Below, one piece after another: positions 45,567-53,007 of a DNA stretch of 64,000 nucleotides. The first letter of the stretch is position 1, and each line of letters starts with the position of its first letter. The stretch is from Myxococcota bacterium (GTDB lineage: Bacteria > Myxococcota_A > SURF-8). A program made the translations under genes and the position numbers. The notes beneath the pieces were generated by a model that worked only from the letters and a program-made list of their open reading frames with translations, had not been told where the DNA came from and did no database searches. The stretch is from NCBI GenBank assembly GCA_965140415.1, contig OZ223209.1:5120001-5184000 (forward strand), in the 5' to 3' direction.

Positions 45567-48296
45567 ATGAAAAAAACAATAAGATGGATATTGACGCTTC
45601 AGTTGGTTTTGGCACTCGCCATAATGAGCACCGCCACGGGATGTGGAGGTGACGACGAAACCGTTGATGGAGATATCACCGATGGTGATGTGACGGATGG
45701 TGATACTGTCGATGGCGACACCACGGATGGCGACACCACGGATGGCGACACCACGGACGGTGATGTGGACCCCGCCATGAGCCAGATTCGTGCGCTGCAT
45801 CTGTCACCGGATGCACCCACCGTGGATATTCTAGTCAATGATGACCTGCGCGCCATCGAGGATCTGGCGTTTCAAGACAGCTCGGACTATTTGGATGTCG
45901 ATGCGGGAAGTTATGACTTCGACGTGGTCCCGGCGGATGGAACGATTGGCGACAGTGTACTGGGCATCGATGATCTGGAGCTGATGGCGGACAAAGCCTA
46001 TACGGCGGTGGCCTTTGGAACGCTGGCGAATATCGGTGCTTTGGCGCTGGAAGACGATCTGAGCGATCCGGCGACCGGCAGTTTCCGTGTGCGTGCGATT
46101 CATGCCGCCGACGGTGTGGGTGAAGTGGATATCTGGAACGTGACCGAGGGCGTGACTCCGGCGATCATTTATGAAGACTTCGGTTACGGAGATGTCGGCG
46201 CGGCGTTGGAACTTCCTGCGGGTGAATACTCGCTGGGTTTCGATGTGGATGACGACATGACTCCGGATCTGGTTTTCGACACCGGTGCCCTGCCTGCGGG
46301 CGCGATCATCAACCTGTTCGCAGTGAAAGACGGCGAAGCGGTGTACCTGCTGGCGCAACTTTCCGACGGTACGACCTTGCAGATCGACCCGCGCGGAGCC
46401 CCCGCCATGAGCCAGATTCGTGCGCTGCATCTGTCACCGGATGCACCCACCGTGGATATTCTAGTCAATGATGACCTGCGCGCCATCGAGGATCTGGCGT
46501 TTCAAGACAGCTCGGACTATTTGGATGTCGATGCGGGAAGTTATGACTTCGACGTGGTCCCGGCGGATGGAACGATTGGCGACAGTGTACTGGGCATCGA
46601 TGATCTGGAGCTGATGGCGGACAAAGCCTATACGGCGGTGGCCTTTGGAACGCTGGCGAATATCGGTGCTTTGGCGCTGGAAGACGATCTGAGCGATCCG
46701 GCGACCGGCAGTTTCCGTGTGCGTGCGATTCATGCCGCCGACGGTGTGGGTGAAGTGGATATCTGGAACGTGACCGAGGGCGTGACTCCGGCGATCATTT
46801 ATGAAGACTTCGGTTACGGAGATGTCGGCGCGGCGTTGGAACTTCCTGCGGGTGAATACTCGCTGGGTTTCGATGTGGATGACGACATGACTCCGGATCT
46901 GGTTTTCGACACCGGTGCCCTGCCTGCGGGCGCGATCATCAACCTGTTCGCAGTGAAAGACGGCGAAGCGGTGTACCTGCTGGCGCAACTTTCCGACGGT
47001 ACGACCTTGCAGATCGACCCGCGCGGAGCCCCCGCCATGAGCCAGATTCGTGCGCTGCATCTGTCACCGGATGCACCCACCGTGGATATTCTAGTCAATG
47101 ATGACCTGCGCGCCATCGAGGATCTGGCGTTTCAAGACAGCTCGGACTATTTGGATGTCGATGCGGGAAGTTATGACTTCGACGTGGTCCCGGCGGATGG
47201 AACGATTGGCGACAGTGTACTGGGCATCGATGATCTGGAGCTGATGGCGGACAAAGCCTATACGGCGGTGGCCTTTGGAACGCTGGCGAATATCGGTGCT
47301 TTGGCGCTGGAAGACGATCTGAGCGATCCGGCGACCGGCAGTTTCCGTGTGCGTGCGATTCATGCCGCCGACGGTGTGGGTGAAGTGGATATCTGGAACG
47401 TGACCGAGGGCGTGACTCCGGCGATCATTTATGAAGACTTCGGTTACGGAGATGTCGGCGCGGCGTTGGAACTTCCTGCGGGTGAATACTCGCTGGGTTT
47501 CGATGTGGATGACGACATGACGCCGGATCTGGTTTTCGACACCGGTGCCTTGCCTGCGGGCGCGATTATCAACCTGTTCGCAGTGAAAGACGGCGAAGCG
47601 GTGTACCTGCTGGCGCAGTTGTCTGACGGTACGACCTTGCAGATCGACCCGCGCGGAGCCCCCGCCATGAGCCAGATTCGTGCGCTGCATGTGTCACCGG
47701 ATGCACCCGCCGTGGATATTCTAGTCAATGATGACCTGCGCGCCATCGAGGATCTGGCGTTTCAAGACAGCTCGGACTATCTGGATGTCGATGCGGGAAG
47801 TTATGACTTCGACGTGGTCCCGGCGGATGGAACGATTGGCGACAGTGTACTGGGCATCGATGATCTGGAGCTGATGGCGGACAAAGCCTATACGGCGGTG
47901 GCCTTTGGAACGCTGGCGAATATCGGTGCTTTGGCGCTGGAAGACGATCTGAGCGATCCGGCGACCGGCAGTTTCCGTGTGCGTGCGATTCATGCCGCCG
48001 ACGGTGTGGGTGAAGTGGATATCTGGAACGTGACCGAGGGCGTGACTCCGGCGATCATTTATGAAGACTTCGGTTACGGAGATGTCGGCGCGGCGTTGGA
48101 ACTTCCTGCGGGTGAATACTCGCTGGGTTTCGATGTGGATGACGACATGACGCCGGATCTGGTTTTCGACACCGGTGCCTTGCCTGCGGGCGCGATTATC
48201 AACCTGTTCGCAGTGAAAGACGGCGAAGCGGTGTACCTGCTGGCGCAGTTGTCTGACGGTACGACCTTGCAGATCGACCCGCGCGGAGATATGTAA
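45567..48296 (+). CDS. Lipoprotein with DGD linker and four tandem 210-aa DUF4397-like units
   Basis: AAGGAG RBS, lipobox ATGC, IRALHLSPDAPTVDI and VRAIHAA...VDI motifs in each unit. Confidence 0.88.
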   Translation: MKKTIRWILTLQLVLALAIMSTATGCGGDDETVDGDITDGDVTDGDTVDGDTTDGDTTDGDTTDGDVDPAMSQIRALHLSPDAPTVDILVNDDLRAIEDLAFQDSSDYLDVDAGSYDFDVVPADGTIGDSVLGIDDLELMADKAYTAVAFGTLANIGALALEDDLSDPATGSFRVRAIHAADGVGEVDIWNVTEGVTPAIIYEDFGYGDVGAALELPAGEYSLGFDVDDDMTPDLVFDTGALPAGAIINLFAVKDGEAVYLLAQLSDGTTLQIDPRGAPAMSQIRALHLSPDAPTVDILVNDDLRAIEDLAFQDSSDYLDVDAGSYDFDVVPADGTIGDSVLGIDDLELMADKAYTAVAFGTLANIGALALEDDLSDPATGSFRVRAIHAADGVGEVDIWNVTEGVTPAIIYEDFGYGDVGAALELPAGEYSLGFDVDDDMTPDLVFDTGALPAGAIINLFAVKDGEAVYLLAQLSDGTTLQIDPRGAPAMSQIRALHLSPDAPTVDILVNDDLRAIEDLAFQDSSDYLDVDAGSYDFDVVPADGTIGDSVLGIDDLELMADKAYTAVAFGTLANIGALALEDDLSDPATGSFRVRAIHAADGVGEVDIWNVTEGVTPAIIYEDFGYGDVGAALELPAGEYSLGFDVDDDMTPDLVFDTGALPAGAIINLFAVKDGEAVYLLAQLSDGTTLQIDPRGAPAMSQIRALHVSPDAPAVDILVNDDLRAIEDLAFQDSSDYLDVDAGSYDFDVVPADGTIGDSVLGIDDLELMADKAYTAVAFGTLANIGALALEDDLSDPATGSFRVRAIHAADGVGEVDIWNVTEGVTPAIIYEDFGYGDVGAALELPAGEYSLGFDVDDDMTPDLVFDTGALPAGAIINLFAVKDGEAVYLLAQLSDGTTLQIDPRGDM
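45771..48288 (+). repeat. Four near-identical 630-bp tandem repeats
   Basis: Units begin cccgccatgagccagattcg at 45771, 46401, 47031 and 47661. Confidence 0.97.
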
Positions 48297-48403
48297 AACA
48301 TGGGTTGGCCTGCACGTCGACGTAGTGTTGGTGTGCAGGTCAACCTGAATGAAATCGATCTTTGACAAGAGATTAAACAAAAACAGGTGGAAAGGGTTTA
48401 AAC

Positions 48404-48730
48404 GTTCCGATGGGATCACTGGCCGATTCTCTCCGGAATGACACGTTCATTTCGTTTTTGCTGGCAGTTGTTTGCTCCTGCCGCAACGAGACTATTGCAT
48501 CGGCTCGGCCCCCCCCGTCCCATTGATGCGTCTCCTCTCCTAACGTTCCTAAACTGATCCGGTCAACGGATTAAGTTGAGCGTTCTGCCGTTGCAGGCTC
48601 TGGGCGGCGGGCATTGTCGTCCTGCACTACAGCGATTCAAAACGAGTTGTCTTTCCGGACTCCTCCCACCTGGCGGCCAAAGCCAATCGGAACAACGTGC
48701 GTCCCATTATGGGGCGCACGTATTTTTTTT
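48404..48730 (+). ncRNA. Candidate structured non-coding RNA or structured 3' UTR
   Basis: Nested long-range pairings from 48404/48693 inward, several internal hairpins with G-U pairs on the plus strand, and an intrinsic terminator directly after. Confidence 0.55.
48695..48730 (+). terminator. Intrinsic terminator
   Basis: acgtgcgtccc-attat-ggggcgcacgt then aTTTTTTTT. Confidence 0.88.
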
Positions 48731-48856
48731 GAGAACTTAGTTTGGTGACGGGGAACGGATTGTTTCATGTTACACTGTATACATACGATATGGGAGGAGC
48801 GCTTTCGTGTGGGAACCGATCGTAGCTGACGTGTCGTTGGATTGTTTAGTGAGAGT

Positions 48857-49825
48857 TCACCCCGACGGCCAGCGCTTGAGCGCACGTTCGAATTCTTCGA
48901 ATTGTGAAAACAGGCGCATTTTGGGGATATTCTGAAGTTGCTTTGCCAGTGTTTCCGGCAGACCGACCCAGACTTCAATTTCCGCAGCCAGTCTTTGTAA
49001 ACCACGAAGCAAATCGATGTAATCTTCATCTTGCTCGGGAAGGACGAGACTTAGTACAAGAACGTCGGCTTCTCGCGATCTGATGGAAAAAAGCAAATCC
49101 TCGAAGGGAATATTCGGTCCCAGGTAAATCGGTTCGAACCCGGCCATGGAACCAAGCACGGCGGCGATCAATGCGCCGAGTTCATGGTGCTGACCCGGCG
49201 GCGTCGAAAAGAGCATCCGGGGACCTTCGGGAGCGGGCGTAACGGATTGCAGCAGGATGAGAAGCCTGCGTTTGACCTGTTCGCTGACCAGATGTTCCTG
49301 CGAGACATTCAGTATGGAAGACGCCCAGCGTTCTCCAACTTCATGCAGCAACGGCAGGAAAATCTTATAAATGAGCTCGCGCGGTGAATACAACAGGGAG
49401 GCGCGTGCCAGAAGTCGCTCGGCCTGCGATGCATTGAAATGTTCAATGTATCCGAGGTAGCGCTGGATCAGTCGTTCTTGTTCGCGCTGTGGGTGCTCCA
49501 AAAGAGTGTCTTCCACAGGTTCCTGCGTTTTTGAAGGCGGTACTTTCTTTTCATCTACTTCATCGACGAGTTGCTGTAATTGCGAAAGTGTTTGTTCTGC
49601 AATACTGCCGATGCGATAGCCCTGCTTTGTGGCTTGGGCAAGCAGTTGCAGGCGTTGGACATCCTGCTGGGAATACATGCGGGTATTGCCTTCGGTGCGC
49701 TGAGGATGGATCGCATGATAACGCCGTTCCCAAACGCGAATCGTGTCTGCCGTAAGACCGGTCATCCGAGTGACGAGGCGCATCGGATACATCGCGTTAT
49801 TGCATCTTTTTTCTTCTGATTGCAT
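48857..49825 (-). CDS. MerR-family B12-binding regulator (CarH/LitR-like)
   Basis: MerR HTH (TIRVWERRY..I.P.RTEGNTRMYS), W-x9-EH (WASSILNVSQEH), GQHHELG, YLGPNIP. Confidence 0.88.
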   Translation of the reverse strand: MQSEEKRCNNAMYPMRLVTRMTGLTADTIRVWERRYHAIHPQRTEGNTRMYSQQDVQRLQLLAQATKQGYRIGSIAEQTLSQLQQLVDEVDEKKVPPSKTQEPVEDTLLEHPQREQERLIQRYLGYIEHFNASQAERLLARASLLYSPRELIYKIFLPLLHEVGERWASSILNVSQEHLVSEQVKRRLLILLQSVTPAPEGPRMLFSTPPGQHHELGALIAAVLGSMAGFEPIYLGPNIPFEDLLFSIRSREADVLVLSLVLPEQDEDYIDLLRGLQRLAAEIEVWVGLPETLAKQLQNIPKMRLFSQFEEFERALKRWPSG

Positions 49826-49950
49826 TCTGCTTTCCTGTTTCTGATCCAGAATCGATTGTAACTCAAAATCTGGAAAGTTCCAGTTCTAAAAAGATAGATG
49901 GAATGATTGTCTATAAAAATTCTAAGAAAAAAATATAAAATAATTAATAT

Positions 49951-49972
49951 TATCTGGAATAGATATGGACAC
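49951..49972 (+). promoter_or_regulatory. Putative CarH/LitR-type 11-bp direct repeats
   Basis: Tandem tatctggaata/gatatggacac; the second matches nAnnTnnACAn. Confidence 0.55.
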
Positions 49973-50054
49973 TATCATGTCTAATATACAGAACGACGAA
50001 TTTGAAGCCAAAAAGGCTTCCATGAAATAACAAACTGATCGAAAGGAAAGAGCC

Positions 50055-50216
50055 ATGAAAAACACTCATAAAGCCGCCTCGCCGATGATCTGGATTCGTG
50101 ACACCAAAGGTGAAACCTATGTTTGCCCGGTCGGGGCCGTGAAAGATCCCAAAAATCCCACAGAGGACGAGCTCAAGCTTTGCGTGAACGAGTCCTTCAA
50201 TCCCCAAAACGACTAA
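50055..50216 (+). CDS. 53-aa small protein absent from the ORF track
   Basis: AAGGAAAG RBS; MKNTHKAASPMIWIRDTKGETYVCPVGAVKDPKNPTEDELKLCVNESFNPQND; terminator follows. Confidence 0.75.
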   Translation: MKNTHKAASPMIWIRDTKGETYVCPVGAVKDPKNPTEDELKLCVNESFNPQND

Positions 50217-50236
50217 CCCCATCTCCCCCATCCACA

Positions 50237-50266
50237 AAAAGGCCGTCGGGATTCCGACGGCCTTTT
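50237..50266. terminator. Bidirectional intrinsic terminator
   Basis: aaaa-ggccgtcgg-gatt-ccgacggcc-tttt. Confidence 0.88.
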
Positions 50267-50299
50267 ATCTTGCAATTTGAATCAACTACAACAAATCTC

Positions 50300-51598
50300 T
50301 CATGACTTCAACAGAAAACCGTCCGCCTGGCGTTTAGCCTGGAAACCGCTGTACAGCACCTTATCCGAACTGCGCCGGGCCTTGGTGGCCGAATCGTTCT
50401 GGTAATAGCCCGAAAAGAGTTGCAAGCCACTGAAGCAGAGCTGTCCATCGTTTTGTTCTGCGACTTCCGCTCCCGCCTGGCCATCTGCCGCCATGGCTTC
50501 CCGCACGGAGGCGGCGCAGACCGGCATACTTTCGAATGGCGTTTGATTATCCACGGCGCAGGCGCACAGTCCCGCCGTTTCCGACAGTGCGAGGCCGTAG
50601 CCTGCTATAGCGGCGAACGTCTTTAAATTCTCCGTAAAATCAGGATCTTGTGGTACGGAAAGACAGCATGCCGTCTGGACATGTAGGTCTTTTTTGGAGT
50701 TCCACAGGGTTTCAAGTTGCTCCGGCAACAGTAGCAACGTGTCAACGGCATACTTTTCTATGGCCGCTGCATCGAAGCTCGGCAGCAGTACTGCGGTTTT
50801 TCCCCAGAAAACTGCGCTGGTGATGTGGAGCAACAGGCTCAATCCGCACGGCAATGGCGTGGCCAGCAGGCGGGAATTCTGTTGCAGGCCCAGTGCAGAG
50901 CCGAGATTCATATTCTGACAGCTAATGGCCTGATGTGAAAGCTGTGCGATGCGAGGCGTACCGTTTTCGATATCGACGTACACGGCCAGTGCCGGGTCTT
51001 CCTCGTCCAGTTCCATGCCGCGCATCGTGAAGGTGTTCAGGATTTCGGAGTCCATCCCTTTGGCGTGCTCGCTGCGGGCAAAGTCGCGCGCGCCTTCGAT
51101 AAAGCTCGCTCCGTTTTCCGCAGCGGCGAAGGAGGACGCGTCTGCCCCGAACTGCAACCAGCTTCTTACGCAGGGCAACGAAGACGCATCGAAGGTGGGG
51201 GAAGCGCTGAAAGCGAAGGCTTTGGCCTGCATGTGCTCGATAGCCTGCCGCATGGCTTCGGCGTCCATTTCGGGATCGAGTTCCAGCATGAGCGCACCGA
51301 TTTTCAGGCAGCCGTAATAGAGCAGCACATGCTCGGGGATCATCGGAAGCGCGGTGGCGAAGACGTCGCCTTTTTCAAAGCCCATGTCCAGTAATTTCAC
51401 GGCGATGGCCGTTGTGGCCTGCTCGAACTGCTCCCAGGTGATTTCGTTTCCGTTCTCGGCGGAGATTAACGCCGTATCACCGGCTTTTTCTTCCGCCCAG
51501 TTGGCCAGGGCTTCATCCAGCAAATGTCGATCAGAGAAGTCGCGCTCGTAGTCGTCCGCCGTAAGCTGGGGAATGGGAAATGCTTTAAATTCCGACAT
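50300..51598 (-). CDS. Degenerate AMP-binding (acyl-CoA synthetase-like) protein
   Basis: N-terminal fold and GYGLALSETAG-like motif recognisable; P-loop signature eroded; C-terminal domain missing. Confidence 0.7.
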   Translation of the reverse strand: MSEFKAFPIPQLTADDYERDFSDRHLLDEALANWAEEKAGDTALISAENGNEITWEQFEQATTAIAVKLLDMGFEKGDVFATALPMIPEHVLLYYGCLKIGALMLELDPEMDAEAMRQAIEHMQAKAFAFSASPTFDASSLPCVRSWLQFGADASSFAAAENGASFIEGARDFARSEHAKGMDSEILNTFTMRGMELDEEDPALAVYVDIENGTPRIAQLSHQAISCQNMNLGSALGLQQNSRLLATPLPCGLSLLLHITSAVFWGKTAVLLPSFDAAAIEKYAVDTLLLLPEQLETLWNSKKDLHVQTACCLSVPQDPDFTENLKTFAAIAGYGLALSETAGLCACAVDNQTPFESMPVCAASVREAMAADGQAGAEVAEQNDGQLCFSGLQLFSGYYQNDSATKARRSSDKVLYSGFQAKRQADGFLLKS

Positions 51599-51619
51599 TT
51601 GTTTCCTCCTTCTATCTAT

Positions 51620-52489
51620 TTACCGGGATGACATCCCGGGTTCATCATCCGTTTCCTCTTCCTGATCTCGTTCTGCGTCCAGGGCCAGCCGGTAACCCTG
51701 CTTGCGTGTCAGTCCAAGTCGGCTGGAAAGCTCTTCCGCCAGGCTGCGACCATGCAGTCCCTGCTGCAACAGTTCCTGCACGAGCGCCTGCTGATCCGCT
51801 TCGGTTAGTGTTTCCTCTTCCGCACCTGCGACGAGCAGTACCAGTTCGCCTTTAACCGGCTGCTCTGCCAGTTGCGCTGCCAGATCTTCCACCGTGGCAG
51901 AGGTGAATTCTTCATGCAGTTTGGTCAGTTCGCGCCCCAAAACCGCCGGACGTTCACCGAAATGACGCGCCATGTGTTCGAGTTGACGCGCAGCCTTGTG
52001 CGGCGACAGGTAGAAGATTCCCGTATACGGCAATGGCGCGGCTTCCACGAAAAAACGCTCCCGTTTGCCTTTGGCCTCTGGCGGGAAACCATGAAAAACA
52101 AAGCGGTCGGTGGGAAGACCGGAGGCGCAAAGAGCGGTAATCGCTGCCGAAGCTCCGGGAATCGGAACCACATCTAGTCCCTCTTCCCTGCAAGCGCGCA
52201 CCAACGCGAAACCGGGATCGGAAATGGCCGGAGTTCCGGCATCGGAAATCAGTATCACTTTCTGACCTTGCCGGACGGCGTCGAGTACGCGCATCTGGCG
52301 GTTGCGCTCGTTATGTTCATGGAAGGAAAGCAGCGGCTTTTTGACGCCCAGATGTTGCAGTAACTTACCGGAATGACGGGTATCTTCGCAGCAGATCAGC
52401 TCCGCTTCGTTCAAAACGCGGATGGCACGCAGGGTGATATCCTCCAGATTGCCGATGGGAGTTGCTACAAGATACAGCACGCCGCTCAC
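51620..52489 (-). CDS. rsmI: 16S rRNA (cytidine(1402)-2'-O)-methyltransferase
   Basis: LYLVATPIGNLEDITLRA, CEDTRHS, SDAGTPAISDPG, RELTKLHEE. Confidence 0.96.
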   Translation of the reverse strand: MSGVLYLVATPIGNLEDITLRAIRVLNEAELICCEDTRHSGKLLQHLGVKKPLLSFHEHNERNRQMRVLDAVRQGQKVILISDAGTPAISDPGFALVRACREEGLDVVPIPGASAAITALCASGLPTDRFVFHGFPPEAKGKRERFFVEAAPLPYTGIFYLSPHKAARQLEHMARHFGERPAVLGRELTKLHEEFTSATVEDLAAQLAEQPVKGELVLLVAGAEEETLTEADQQALVQELLQQGLHGRSLAEELSSRLGLTRKQGYRLALDAERDQEEETDDEPGMSSR

Positions 52490-52515
52490 GAGAGTTCTCC
52501 TTACCTATGAAATAA

Positions 52516-52929
52516 TTAGCGAAATCCGATTTGCTCGAATGCGCCGGGGATATGTTGAATTTCGAAACCATGCTCGCCCAGCACCACCCCGACCGCATCG
52601 AAGCGCACGGCAAGGTGTTCCAGGCGTTTCAATTGCAGGTAATGCATGGCGGTTTTCAAGAGTTTACGCTGCTTGGGCCCGGTGATGGTCGCCAGCGCTT
52701 CGTCTGGACTACCTCCGCGCTTGGTGCGTACTTCCACGAAACAGAGCGTGTCGCCTTCCTGCATCACCAGATCCAGTTCCCCGTACATCGAGTGCCAGTT
52801 GCGCTCCACAAACGTCATGCCCTGCTTTTCAAGGTAGCGCAGCGCTTCCCGCTCGCCGGCCTCTCCCAACGCCTTTTTAAGACGGTCTTGCCCGGAATTC
52901 CTGGACTCTTTCGCCTTATGGATTGACAT
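52516..52929 (-). CDS. yraN: YraN-family (UPF0102) protein
   Basis: LGEAGE..A..YL, GELDLV, FVEVRT, RFDAV; adjacent to rsmI. Confidence 0.9.
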   Translation of the reverse strand: MSIHKAKESRNSGQDRLKKALGEAGEREALRYLEKQGMTFVERNWHSMYGELDLVMQEGDTLCFVEVRTKRGGSPDEALATITGPKQRKLLKTAMHYLQLKRLEHLAVRFDAVGVVLGEHGFEIQHIPGAFEQIGFR

Positions 52930-53007
52930 GTACCTGCCCTGTGCTACAATCCGAGCCAATTGAAACGAAGGGGACAACACCCCGGATTTACTGGGTGGCA
53001 GGAGACC

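Noticed and set aside
48404-48693. Cobalamin riboswitch, 6S RNA, tmRNA or RNase P identity for the structured region
   Set aside because: Only a short ctgccgcaac resemblance to a B12 element; other conserved boxes and tRNA-like ends were not found by eye.
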